A stretch of 64,000 nucleotides of DNA from Deltaproteobacteria bacterium (GTDB taxonomy: Bacteria; SAR324; NAC60-12), in NCBI GenBank assembly GCA_018645085.1, contig JABGPG010000136.1:10603-74602 (forward strand), written 5' to 3'. Positions 1 to 9,565 of the stretch are shown here, piece by piece. The first letter of the stretch is position 1, and every line of letters starts with the position of its first letter. Made by a program: the position numbers and the translations under genes. Under the pieces are notes generated by a model. It searched no databases. It was not told the DNA's origin and worked only from the letters and a program-made list of their open reading frames with translations.

Positions 1-1
1 T

Positions 2-370
2 GTACTCGCGTTTTTTGAAGTACCAAATTCACCAACGATGCAGAAAGATCCGAATACTCCGGAATGGTTGCAGCATATTGCTTTTGAAGTGGAGGACATG
101 GCATCCCTGCTCTCCGCCAAGGCTCGTCTTGAGGCAGAGGGACTGGGTGTGTTGGGTCCGGTTGATCATACCATCTTCAAATCAATTTACTTTTTTGATC
201 CCAGTGGCCATCGGCTGGAACTTGCCGTAAACACTGCAAAACCCGGAATGTTGGAAGAACTGCATGAAGTTGCTCCGGCCATGATCGAAGAATGGGACCG
301 GACTAAGAAAGCTCCAAAACATGCCGCATGGCTTCATGATGGTACATTCGCAACAACAGAGGAAAAATAA
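2..370 (+). CDS. VOC (glyoxalase/bleomycin-resistance/ring-cleaving dioxygenase) family protein, C-terminal part; N-terminus lies outside the window
   Basis: The frame is open from base 2 with no upstream stop. The translation (HIAFEVED...SIYFFDPSGHRLEL) has the beta-alpha-beta-beta-beta VOC-fold signature. It sits directly upstream of FAH and GST-zeta genes. Confidence 0.5.
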   Translation, partial: VLAFFEVPNSPTMQKDPNTPEWLQHIAFEVEDMASLLSAKARLEAEGLGVLGPVDHTIFKSIYFFDPSGHRLELAVNTAKPGMLEELHEVAPAMIEEWDRTKKAPKHAAWLHDGTFATTEEK

Positions 371-380
371 AAGGTAAAAA

Positions 381-1361
381 ATGAAATTGGCTTCACTTAA
401 AAACGGACGTGACGGCCGTTTAGTGGTTGTAAACAAAACCATGAACCGCTATACAACAGTTACTGAAATCGCACAGACTTTACAAAGTGCCTTAGACAAT
501 TGGTCAGTTTGTGAACCACGTTTGAGAGAAATATCACAAGCGCTTGAAGAAAATCAAATTGCGTCTGAAACTTTTGATCCAGCGCTCTGTGCCTCTCCAT
601 TGCCCAGAGCATATCACTGGGCGGACTGCAGTGCCTATGTGAATCATGTTGAACTGGTACGCAAAGCCCGTAACGCGGAAATTCCGGAAAGTTACTGGAG
701 TGACCCGCTGGTTTATCAAGGAGGCTCAGATGCTTTTTTGGATCCTCAGGAGCCGATTCAAATTGCGGATGAAGCCTGGGGGATTGATTTTGAGGCGGAG
801 GTTGCGGTGATTGTTGATGATGTCCCGATGGGAGTTTCAGAAGAGAATGCAGGGCAGCACATCCAGTTATTGATGTTGGTTAATGATGTTTCACTGCGTA
901 ATTTAATTCCGCAGGAATTGTCCAAGGGTTTCGGATTTTATCAATCTAAACCCTCCAGTGCTTTTTCTCCGCTGGCAGTAACACCAGATGCACTTGGCGA
1001 AGCATGGTCTGACGGAAAACTTCATTTGCCACTGCGTGTAACTCTCAATGACGAGTTGATCGGTCAACCAAATGCGGGTGTTGACATGACTTTTAATTTT
1101 CCGCGTTTGATCGCCCATGTTGCGAAGAGCCGGCCTTTGACTGCCGGAACGATTATCGGTTCCGGAACTGTCTCGAATGTTGACCGCTCCAGCGGTTCCT
1201 GTTGTCTCGCGGAAGTCAGAATGCTCGAAACTATTGCTGATGGAAAACCTAAAACCGAATTTATGAAATTTGATGACTGGGTTAGTATTGAAATGCGTGA
1301 TCCACAGGGGCAGTCCATTTTTGGAGAAATCAAACAACAGGTGAAACCTTATCGTGGTTAA
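381..1361 (+). CDS. Fumarylacetoacetate hydrolase (FAH) family hydrolase, possibly fumarylpyruvate/fumarylacetoacetate hydrolase
   Basis: 326 aa with the FAH C-terminal catalytic region (GFGFYQSKP...NFPRLIAHVAKSRPLTAGTIIGSGT). Its size and N-terminal extension fit COG0179-type FAH family proteins. Confidence 0.75.
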   Translation: MKLASLKNGRDGRLVVVNKTMNRYTTVTEIAQTLQSALDNWSVCEPRLREISQALEENQIASETFDPALCASPLPRAYHWADCSAYVNHVELVRKARNAEIPESYWSDPLVYQGGSDAFLDPQEPIQIADEAWGIDFEAEVAVIVDDVPMGVSEENAGQHIQLLMLVNDVSLRNLIPQELSKGFGFYQSKPSSAFSPLAVTPDALGEAWSDGKLHLPLRVTLNDELIGQPNAGVDMTFNFPRLIAHVAKSRPLTAGTIIGSGTVSNVDRSSGSCCLAEVRMLETIADGKPKTEFMKFDDWVSIEMRDPQGQSIFGEIKQQVKPYRG

Positions 1362-1388
1362 ATCCTTTAGATTACTCGAGTTAGCTTT

Positions 1389-2036
1389 ATGTTAAAATTA
1401 TACGGTTATTATCGATCTTCTGCGGCCTTTCGTGTACGTATTGCCTTGGAACTTAAAGCACTGGATTGGGAATCCATTCCTGTTAATTTGCGTTTAGGTG
1501 ATCAAAAACAGCAAAATTTTCAACAAAACAACCCACAGGGTTTGGTTCCGTTACTTGAGTCAAACGGACAATTTATCGCGCAATCTCTAGCGATTATCGA
1601 GTACCTTGAGGAACTGCATCCGGATCCTCAACTTTTACCATCAGGAATAACTGAGCGCGCGCAGGTTCGTGGCCTGGCGTACCAGATTGCAATGGAGATG
1701 CATCCATTAAATAATCTACGTGTGCTGAAGTATTTGGAAAAAGAGCTGGGTTTGAACGAAGACAAAAAAACGTATTGGTATCAGCACTGGATTGCGGAAG
1801 GCTTTAGCGCGTTTGAAAAAACTCTAAAAAGTTATGGTTCAGCAGGGCAATTCTGTTTTGGTGATTCACCTAGTCTGGCTGATGTCTGCCTGATTCCGCA
1901 GGTCTACAATGGTCTGCGTTTTAAGTGTGATCTCTCTGCTTATCCACTTATTCAATCCATTTGGGATCACTGTATTAAACTGGATGCCTTTAAAAGTGCG
2001 GCTCCGGAAAACCAGCCTGATGCCACAACAGCTTAG
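1389..2036 (+). CDS. maiA: Maleylacetoacetate/maleylpyruvate isomerase (GST zeta class)
   Basis: 215 aa. The N-terminal thioredoxin-like GST domain (MLKLYGYYRSSAAFRVRIAL...) is typical of zeta-class GST isomerases, and the gene is adjacent to FAH. Confidence 0.8.
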   Translation: MLKLYGYYRSSAAFRVRIALELKALDWESIPVNLRLGDQKQQNFQQNNPQGLVPLLESNGQFIAQSLAIIEYLEELHPDPQLLPSGITERAQVRGLAYQIAMEMHPLNNLRVLKYLEKELGLNEDKKTYWYQHWIAEGFSAFEKTLKSYGSAGQFCFGDSPSLADVCLIPQVYNGLRFKCDLSAYPLIQSIWDHCIKLDAFKSAAPENQPDATTA

Positions 2037-2167
2037 TTCAACAGCTAGCACAGTGTCTAGCACATAATGGTAAAATTTTTTGCTGTCGCTGTACTAAACT
2101 CCATTTGAACAAATACCGCTCAAATAAAAGTATTTTTTGAGATTATGCCATTGATACCTGTATTATT

Positions 2168-3796
2168 ATGAAGCGCTCTTTTCCTATGATTTCACTGCCC
2201 CGTACTCTTCACGGGCGGATGTTGCTGTTGATGTCGCTTTTGCTGGGTGTACTGATCAGCATTACCTGGCTACTAGTTTCTGTACTCGTTTCCTCAATTC
2301 TGGAAGAATACATAGGACGTAATGCCTTGAATGTCTCAAAGGCAGTTTCGCTTACTACAGAAATTCAGCAAGGTTTACTCAAGCAAAATTCTACCGAGAT
2401 TCAGCAATATGCAGAATCCGTAAGAAAAGCAACCGGTGCAAAATTTGTGGTGGTTGGAGACCATAAAGGCAAACGCTACAGTCACCCTGTGCCGGAAAGG
2501 ATCGGCAAGTTCATGGTCGGCGGTGATAATGCACGCGCGCTTGAAGGAGGAGAGGCTTATATCTCAAAAGCGGTGGGTACACTTGGGCCTTCGATGCGTG
2601 GGAAAGTTCCGGTATTTGATGATGCAGGAAAAGTGATTGGCGTTGTTTCTGTAGGTTATTTACAGGAAACTGTTGAGGAAGTAACCGCGGATTATCTGCA
2701 GCGAATTTTGCTATGGGTTTTTATTTTATTTTTATTAGGCGGTCTTGGCACATGGCTAATTGCACGGGACGTTAAAATGTCAATCTTTGGGCTTGAACCT
2801 GCTGAAATTGCAACATTGTTCAAGGAACGTAATGCGATCCTGGATTCCATCCGTGAAGGTGTTGTTGCGATCAACGATGAAGGTCGAGTAACCATGCTCG
2901 ATCACGAAGCAGCCAAAATTTTGGATATCAAACCGGAATCAGGAATCGGCACACCTATTGAGTCAATTTTACCGCAGACAAGAATGCTGGAAGTCCTGGA
3001 AAGCGGTGAAGCACAATTTGATCAGGAAATGATGATTGGTGATATTGAAGTTGTGGTTAACCGTGTTCCTATCTGGCAAAATGAACGTGTCACAGGAGTT
3101 GTTTCCAGCATCCGCCGTAAACAGGAAATTGACCGGATGGCACAAGAACTGACGCAAATTCAGGAGTATTCAGAAGCCCTGCGCACACAGACTCACGAAT
3201 ATTCGAACAAACTGCACACGCTTGCCGGTCTGATTCAACTCGGATCACACAAGGAAGCGCTCGATTTGATCGGACGTGAAACTTCCGGATATCAGGAATT
3301 GCTTGGCACATTAGCAGAGACAGTTCCGGAACCGTTATTGTCCGCCATAATCCTTGGGAAATATAACCGCGCGCAGGAATTGAGGATAAATTTTAAACTT
3401 GATCCGGAAAGCCGGATGATTGATTTTCCTGAGAATATCAGTCGCGAAAAAATAGTTACTATCCTGGGTAATTTGCTGGAAAATGCGATTGAAGCGGCAA
3501 AGGAGAATCCTTCCGGAGAACCCATGGTGCAGCTTTCAATGACTGATTTCGGCAATGATCTGATTTTCGAGGTAGAAGATTCAGGTAGCGGAATCGAAGT
3601 TGAGTCGGTTGATTTATTACTGAAGCACGGCTTTACTACCAAATCCGGAGCAGGACGCGGAATTGGACTTTCTCTGGTTCAGCAAAATTTGGAATATCTA
3701 GGAGGTCATTTGACGGTAGTCCGGAGTTCAATCGGGGGGATGCGTTTCACAATTTATATTCCCAAACATCCTAATTCAGCTGGAGAAACAGGATGA
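2168..3796 (+). CDS. Sensor histidine kinase, CitA/DcuS family (periplasmic sensing domain, two TM segments, PAS, kinase core)
   Basis: 542 aa. Two TM helices flank a roughly 140 aa periplasmic domain. This is followed by a PAS-like region, a DcuS/CitA-type dimerisation/His region and an HATPase_c domain (GRGIGLSLV). It overlaps the response regulator gene by 4 nt. Confidence 0.8.
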   Translation: MKRSFPMISLPRTLHGRMLLLMSLLLGVLISITWLLVSVLVSSILEEYIGRNALNVSKAVSLTTEIQQGLLKQNSTEIQQYAESVRKATGAKFVVVGDHKGKRYSHPVPERIGKFMVGGDNARALEGGEAYISKAVGTLGPSMRGKVPVFDDAGKVIGVVSVGYLQETVEEVTADYLQRILLWVFILFLLGGLGTWLIARDVKMSIFGLEPAEIATLFKERNAILDSIREGVVAINDEGRVTMLDHEAAKILDIKPESGIGTPIESILPQTRMLEVLESGEAQFDQEMMIGDIEVVVNRVPIWQNERVTGVVSSIRRKQEIDRMAQELTQIQEYSEALRTQTHEYSNKLHTLAGLIQLGSHKEALDLIGRETSGYQELLGTLAETVPEPLLSAIILGKYNRAQELRINFKLDPESRMIDFPENISREKIVTILGNLLENAIEAAKENPSGEPMVQLSMTDFGNDLIFEVEDSGSGIEVESVDLLLKHGFTTKSGAGRGIGLSLVQQNLEYLGGHLTVVRSSIGGMRFTIYIPKHPNSAGETG

Positions 3797-4482
3797 ACCT
3801 GCGTGTTTTGATCATAGACGATGATGAGCGGATTGCGGAAATTCACCGACGTTACGTTGAAAAAACGGATGGTTTTGAAGTTGTTGGTATTGCCAATACT
3901 CTTGAGGATGCTCAACTGCAGTTGGATGTTCTTGAACCGGATTTGTTACTGCTTGATATTTTCTTTCCGGAAGGAAACGGATTGGAATTTCTAAAACAAA
4001 CGAGGCTCCACCGTAAACAGGTCGATGTGATTCCAATCACTGCGGCGAAAGAAGTCCATTTGTTCAATGAAGCCCTGCATGGAGGGGTTTTTGATTATAT
4101 TCTCAAACCAGTTGTTTTGTCACGTTTTCAAACCACTCTGCAGCGTTATAGACAAACAAAAAATCAGCTTTCAAATATCGATCAGCTTGATCAGCACGAC
4201 GTTGACAGAGCACTGCACGCAGGCAGCAGTGACTTGCATGAATCAGCGGAATTACCTAAAGGAATTGACGGGCTCACTTTAGAAAAGGTGCAGCAGGTCT
4301 TCAGCACCAGACAGAATTCCAGCTTAACTTCCGAAGAAGTGGCTTCACTAATTGGAGCAAGCAGAACCACTGTACGGCGTTATCTTGAATTTTTAGTTTC
4401 CCAAACTATGCTGGATGTTGATGTGAATTATGGAGGAGTTGGACGTCCGGAACGTCGTTACTTCCTGAGGAGAACTCATTAA
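3793..4482 (+). CDS. Response regulator, CitB/DcuR family
   Basis: 229 aa. N-terminal receiver domain (LIIDDDERIAEI...LLLLDIFFPEGNG) plus C-terminal HTH. Translationally coupled to the kinase. Confidence 0.8.
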   Translation: MNLRVLIIDDDERIAEIHRRYVEKTDGFEVVGIANTLEDAQLQLDVLEPDLLLLDIFFPEGNGLEFLKQTRLHRKQVDVIPITAAKEVHLFNEALHGGVFDYILKPVVLSRFQTTLQRYRQTKNQLSNIDQLDQHDVDRALHAGSSDLHESAELPKGIDGLTLEKVQQVFSTRQNSSLTSEEVASLIGASRTTVRRYLEFLVSQTMLDVDVNYGGVGRPERRYFLRRTH

Positions 4483-4616
4483 AACTGAAAGTGATTAGTC
4501 ATTTCGCGAGAATAGTGAAGTATAGCACATTAGAACTTTGTTTAAGAAAGACCGATCAAGTAGTAGTTAAAATTTCTGTAAAACCTTTAAAATATGACAG
4601 TCCTTTAAAAAGTCTG

Positions 4617-4663
4617 AAGACCAAAAATTATCATTTTGAATTGACACGGTTTTCGGTCTTTTT
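4617..4663 (+). terminator. Putative intrinsic terminator after the two-component operon
   Basis: Imperfect hairpin AAGACCAAAA...UUUUCGGUCUU followed by a UUU run, 135 nt downstream of the regulator stop. Confidence 0.3.
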
Positions 4664-4699
4664 ACAGATTCATCAAAGATAAGAATTAAGAGCTATTTT

Positions 4700-6214
4700 A
4701 TGTCCAACCCGCTTTATGAAACTCTGTTCGGAAAATACGCCGGACATTCGACCACATTCCTTTATCTGCCTGATGGAAAAACGATCAGCCATGATTCTTT
4801 TATCCGTATGGCTGGACGTTCTGCAAATGCACTCAGAGAAATGGGACTTGCTGTCGGTGACCGTGTGGCAGTACAGGTTGACAAATGTGCTGAAGCACTT
4901 GCAGTTTATGCGGCTTGTGTTCAATCCGGCCTGGTTTACCTGCCGCTTAATGCCGCCTACACACCGGCTGAAGTCTCATATTTTATTGAAGACAGCGGTG
5001 CAAAACTATTTATCTGTCAAGGCTCCAAAGAAGATGAACTTGTTGCTGTTGCCGAAAAATCTGGGGCACTGCTGGAAACATTGAATGCTGACGGTACAGG
5101 GTCATTTACTGAATTAACTCGGAATAAGGACGATACATTTAAAACCGCAGAACGTGACGGAGAGGATCTTGTGGCGCTGCTCTATACCTCAGGCACAACG
5201 GGACGTTCCAAGGGTGCGATGCTGAGTCAGAACAATTTACTTTCAAATGCTGAGACTCTAGTCGAGCTTTGGCAATTTACGGAGAGAGACGTTCTGTTGC
5301 ATGCTCTACCTATCTTTCACACCCATGGATTATTTGTAGCAACTAATGTGACACTTGCGGCAGGCGGTTCTATGATCTTCATACCGAAATTTGATTTAGA
5401 CTCGATCATCGAAAATCTTCCAAACGCAACCACGATGATGGGCGTCCCAACTTTTTATACAAGGCTTTTGAATGATTCACGCTTCAACAAAGATCTAACT
5501 CAGCACATGCGGCTTTTCGTCTCTGGAAGCGCTCCGTTGTTGGCCGAAACGCATGTTCAATTTGAAGCACGGACAGGCCACCGAATTCTTGAGCGTTACG
5601 GAATGACTGAAACAAACATGAATACCTCAAATCCATATGACGGTGAACGCCGTGCCGGAACGGTTGGTTTTCCGCTGCCGGGAATTGAAATTAAGATTAC
5701 TGACTCGAAAACCGGTGAGGCACTAGCAGATGGTGAAATTGGTGAGATTGAAGTACGAGGACCAAATGTATTCAGCGGTTATTGGCAAATGCCGGAAAAA
5801 ACCGCGGAAGAACTTCGTAAGGATGGTTTCTTTATCACTGGTGATCTAGGTACGATTGACAGCGACGGTTACCTCCACATTTCCGGACGCAACAAAGACG
5901 TGATCATTTCCGGCGGATATAATATCTACCCCAAAGAAATTGAAATGTTACTCGATGAGCAACCCGGTATTATGGAAAGTGCGGTGATAGGTTTAGCACA
6001 TCCGGATTTGGGAGAAGCAGTTGCCGGTATTTTGGTGGCTGAAAAAGGTGAGACGCCGGATCTTGACGAGTTAGCGAAAGCAATCAGCGCATCTCTTGCG
6101 AAGTACAAACAACCCCGAAAACTACTAGTCATCCCTGAACTTCCGAGAAATACTATGGCTAAAGTACAGAAAAATATCTTAAGGCAAGAGTATAAAGATG
6201 TATTCAAGCAGTGA
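4700..6214 (+). CDS. matB: Malonyl-CoA synthetase (AMP-forming acyl-CoA ligase, MatB type)
   Basis: 504 aa, near-colinear with rhizobial MatB, including LYTSGTTGRSKGAML, HALPIFHTHGLFVATNVTL, ERYGMTETNMNTSNPYDG, GDLG...DGY and ISGGYNIYPKEIE motifs. Confidence 0.8.
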   Translation: MSNPLYETLFGKYAGHSTTFLYLPDGKTISHDSFIRMAGRSANALREMGLAVGDRVAVQVDKCAEALAVYAACVQSGLVYLPLNAAYTPAEVSYFIEDSGAKLFICQGSKEDELVAVAEKSGALLETLNADGTGSFTELTRNKDDTFKTAERDGEDLVALLYTSGTTGRSKGAMLSQNNLLSNAETLVELWQFTERDVLLHALPIFHTHGLFVATNVTLAAGGSMIFIPKFDLDSIIENLPNATTMMGVPTFYTRLLNDSRFNKDLTQHMRLFVSGSAPLLAETHVQFEARTGHRILERYGMTETNMNTSNPYDGERRAGTVGFPLPGIEIKITDSKTGEALADGEIGEIEVRGPNVFSGYWQMPEKTAEELRKDGFFITGDLGTIDSDGYLHISGRNKDVIISGGYNIYPKEIEMLLDEQPGIMESAVIGLAHPDLGEAVAGILVAEKGETPDLDELAKAISASLAKYKQPRKLLVIPELPRNTMAKVQKNILRQEYKDVFKQ

Positions 6215-6472
6215 GATTCATGCTCAAATCATATTCACTATTATGCGGCATAAAATTCTCAGTCCAGACTTAGAGGTTTTCTGGACAAACTGTTGATAAT
6301 TTGACGCTATTACTAACATAACAGACAACATCCTCATTGCCTCTTAATAACCATAAAAACCGCACATTCTTTTGTGCAGGACACACGTATCTTACAGGAA
6401 GTAAAAAATAACGACTTCATTTGCAGATGTATTTTTAAGGGCTGATAACTACTGAGAGTTTCCAGATAATGG

Positions 6473-6501
6473 TTGACATTCCTGAAAAAATGATTGATAA
6501 T
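6473..6501 (+). promoter_or_regulatory. Candidate sigma-70 promoter (TTGACA-17-GATAAT) for the XRE regulator gene
   Basis: Consensus -35 hexamer at 6473-6478, 17 nt spacer, -10 GATAAT at 6496-6501. Located about 130 nt upstream of the ATG at 6632. Confidence 0.35.
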
Positions 6502-6631
6502 TCAAGGCATATTATTAAATATGCGGTACTTCAGCTTAGTAAAAAATCGCATCAGCTAGAAAGAAAAGCAGTAGAAGCTAAAAATATAATTCTTGTGCTG
6601 CAAACAAAAGAATAACGAAAAAGAGTGTGAA

Positions 6632-7066
6632 ATGGAATTTGGCGAACAAATGACACAATGGCGGGAGGAATCCGGTTTAACTCGCAAAGAGTTTGCCCGA
6701 AAACTCAGTGTTTCACTGACTGCTGTAAAAAATTGGGAAACTGGACACTCAACTCCTAAATTGACGAAATACAGTGAGATTGCGAAAGTATTAGCGATTG
6801 ATGTGCGGCAAATGGGTTTGGATAATGACCTGGATCTGGAACGTATCGGTGATCGTATCAAATATGCACGTTTACTGAGAGGCATGTCGATAGAAGCATT
6901 TGCCTACGAACATGGCTTTGCAATTCAAACTGTAAAAAGCTGGGAATCGCATGCTGCAGAGGTCACAGAAGCCTCTTTGGAGCGTATTTCGCGTGCGTTG
7001 AAAATTCCTTCTCCATTCTTTGAAATGAAGAATGATCCTCACCAGGAATTAGCCGACCTCAAATAA
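6632..7066 (+). CDS. XRE-family transcriptional regulator with two tandem HTH_3 domains
   Basis: Two repeats of the helix-turn-helix cro/C1 signature (LTRKEFARKLSVSLTAVKNWETG and MSIEAFAYEHGFAIQTVKSWE). Start placed at MEFGEQ rather than the upstream Cys-rich ATG. Confidence 0.6.
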   Translation: MEFGEQMTQWREESGLTRKEFARKLSVSLTAVKNWETGHSTPKLTKYSEIAKVLAIDVRQMGLDNDLDLERIGDRIKYARLLRGMSIEAFAYEHGFAIQTVKSWESHAAEVTEASLERISRALKIPSPFFEMKNDPHQELADLK

Positions 7067-7100
7067 TCAACGGGTTTCCATTTTTTGGCAAACCCGGGAT

Positions 7101-8360
7101 TTAGTTAATAGTCCTTGTTAAAGCAGCTTTAAATACTGGATTATTACTGTCCATCTTCAGGGCGGTTTCGTAGTGTTTTCTTGCTTGCGAAATTTCCCCA
7201 GCTGCTTCAAAAGCTAAACCAAGGTTGTGCTCATCCTCTGCTGTACGTTCGTTTAAAGCTAGCAGAAAAGCAACAGCCTCCTGGTAGGCATTCCCCCTGA
7301 TCAAATTAACCGCAACACTGTTACCATCCTGTACAAGTAATTCTGCCCTTTCTTGATAAGGACTGATTTGTTTGACGTATTGTCGTGCAACTTGTCGTCC
7401 GAGTCTGATTTTCAGCTCCAGTGTAGTTTGCGGAACCTTTGCATTATTTCTCAGGTTAAATCCTCTGGCAAAATATTCAGTTGGGTTTGTAAAGGATAAT
7501 CCTGCACGGTCAATTATTGAAAGAAGTGACTCAGAAGAATCTTCATCAGACTGATAATTATTTATAATTGAGTCCTTTATCTTTAGCGGTAAATGCGAAG
7601 TTACGACTGAACCACCCCATTTCCGGACAAAGTAAGTTCGAAAACTTTGTGAAGGAACTACTTCACTGCCGTCATTTTTTCGGAGCAGTGAAAATTCAAC
7701 TTCCAGCGCGGCTATTTGCTCCACATAAGGTGTTGCTATCACAAATCCTGTTCCGGATGATTCTGCACCCATTGAAACAACTCCTGCCAGCAAAGATTGT
7801 TCGAGCGTGGCGCCTTTGTTTTTCACATTTGTAAAATATGAAAGACCCTCCTCTGATTCAATAATAATTTCCGCATATTTAACTTTTCCATGTAGGACTG
7901 CAATTTCGGACTGATCTGGAAGTGCTACGCTAAATCCTGCTTCCTTTCCGGTTGTGTTTATCAACTGATATGGTGACTGAAGTGAAAGTTCATGTAGCAA
8001 AGCGGCTCTCAGCAAATCAGCTGTGAGGTGCCCCTGTTCATTTGTTGAATTGAATTCGGAAATGGCTGGTTTTAATAATTTTTCTGTTCCGCTAAAAATT
8101 CGCTTGGATTCGGATGTTGCGTCACTTGGAAATTTGATTTGTCCTGATACAGTTTGAAAATTGCCAACCTCAATGTAGTTTATATTTTCAACAATCTGCA
8201 GCGGTGGACGCTCAATTTGAAAACTGACTTTTGGTGCACAGGCCGTGAATAAAAATGCAGAAAGGCAGAAAAGTAGAAAAACGCTGAGCTTTACTTCAGC
8301 GAAGGCTTTCCGTATTTCGGAAGAGGATACGAAATAAATATTTGAGAAGATAAGTTTCAT
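7101..8360 (-). CDS. Lipoprotein, paralog 1 of a tandem family; C-terminal TPR-like motif
   Basis: Signal peptide with lipobox (LFTAC). The C-terminus (NLGLAFEAAGEISQARKHYETALKMD) is TPR-like. It shares the internal block ISPYQERAELLVQDG with the two upstream paralogs. Confidence 0.6.
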   Translation of the reverse strand: MKLIFSNIYFVSSSEIRKAFAEVKLSVFLLFCLSAFLFTACAPKVSFQIERPPLQIVENINYIEVGNFQTVSGQIKFPSDATSESKRIFSGTEKLLKPAISEFNSTNEQGHLTADLLRAALLHELSLQSPYQLINTTGKEAGFSVALPDQSEIAVLHGKVKYAEIIIESEEGLSYFTNVKNKGATLEQSLLAGVVSMGAESSGTGFVIATPYVEQIAALEVEFSLLRKNDGSEVVPSQSFRTYFVRKWGGSVVTSHLPLKIKDSIINNYQSDEDSSESLLSIIDRAGLSFTNPTEYFARGFNLRNNAKVPQTTLELKIRLGRQVARQYVKQISPYQERAELLVQDGNSVAVNLIRGNAYQEAVAFLLALNERTAEDEHNLGLAFEAAGEISQARKHYETALKMDSNNPVFKAALTRTIN

Positions 8361-8401
8361 TAAATCATTCTTAGAATAATATACATAAAATCGGCAGCAG
8401 A

Positions 8402-9553
8402 CTAACGTGATTCAAGCTGTCGCTGTAGTTGAGGGTGTTCACGCCGAAGTCTTTCAATGCGTCCAAGTCCCTGGGCAAAAAGCAGGTTTTCCGGTTCAGC
8501 CTGCCAGGCCTCTCTGTAAGTCGTCTGGGCAAGTCCAAAATCTCCAATTGCTTCAAAGCAAAGTCCAAGGTTATAAAGATCATTTGGATCAGGATTTTCA
8601 GCAGTTGCCTGCTGCAGTTGAGCTATTGCTAAATCGTAAGCACCGGCTTCAATCAAAATTTTCGCATTTGGGAAGCTGCCCTCAGCAACAGGGTAGCTGA
8701 CAACTTTTTCTGTGACGGCAACTCGACGGACAAATCCGCTCGCAATTGAAAGTGCCATATCCGCAATTATTTGCTCAAAAGAAGGTAGGACATCTGCAGA
8801 GCTTTCAATGCTGTCAGTCATTGAGCTTTTCGATGGGGACAAAACTGAGGTGAAACTGTCAGCAATTTGCTGAAAACTTTCTCCGCTCCTTCCGCCAATC
8901 CGTTGAGAGTAAGTTCTAGTCTCAAAAGTTGTTGCGACCACTTCAGTCGGCAGCAAACGGGTCATCTTAATCTCAAGTCCTAATGTCCCGCTCGTTGATT
9001 TGTAAGGCCACCAAACTACTTGATCAACTGTCAGATTAAGGCCGAGACTGTTTCTGGAACGAGGAGGCCGAAAATATTCCAGACTTTCTTTGCTTAAGTC
9101 AACTCCATCTGTACGTTCAATTTCAAGCCAGAGTTTACCATTGATAACTGCGTCAACATTTTTAGTTTTGTAACCGCGTACTGAAACCAACTGTTGAAGC
9201 GCCTCGTCATTTGCCAGCTCCTCAAATTCATCACTAAAAATAACCTTGAAGTACGGAGTTGCGGTTAATAAATTTATCACCCTTGCTCTTACTGAACGGC
9301 TGATGGATTTTTGCTGTTCCTCATTCAGTAAAACAGGATGAGTTTGCCAGACGCCGTTTCGTTCGGTTTTATATTTCAGCATTATCCGGCCTATCTCAAA
9401 TCCTCCTACTGCTACATTTTTTATTTTCCGCGTATTAATTTCTGCAGGTGAGCGGACAGTAAGTGTCGCTTTAGCACAACCTGAAATTAAAATCACGGAG
9501 ATCAGCAATATCAACAATAAATGATTAAAGATATAGTTATTCAAAAATTTCAT
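8402..9553 (-). CDS. Lipoprotein, paralog 2 of the tandem family; C-terminal TPR-like motif
   Basis: Lipobox LISGC and C-terminal YNLGLCFEAIGDFGLAQTTYREA. Homologous to the flanking paralogs. KNVAVGGFEIG resembles the KxxAVxPF segment of LpoB/CsgG-like lipoproteins (tentative). Confidence 0.6.
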   Translation of the reverse strand: MKFLNNYIFNHLLLILLISVILISGCAKATLTVRSPAEINTRKIKNVAVGGFEIGRIMLKYKTERNGVWQTHPVLLNEEQQKSISRSVRARVINLLTATPYFKVIFSDEFEELANDEALQQLVSVRGYKTKNVDAVINGKLWLEIERTDGVDLSKESLEYFRPPRSRNSLGLNLTVDQVVWWPYKSTSGTLGLEIKMTRLLPTEVVATTFETRTYSQRIGGRSGESFQQIADSFTSVLSPSKSSMTDSIESSADVLPSFEQIIADMALSIASGFVRRVAVTEKVVSYPVAEGSFPNAKILIEAGAYDLAIAQLQQATAENPDPNDLYNLGLCFEAIGDFGLAQTTYREAWQAEPENLLFAQGLGRIERLRREHPQLQRQLESR

Positions 9554-9565
9554 TTTTGTCTTTTT

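Noticed and set aside
6215-6310. UCCAGA...UCUGGA hairpin after matB as a terminator
   Set aside because: The stem is followed by CAAACUG rather than a U tract. It is too weak to call.
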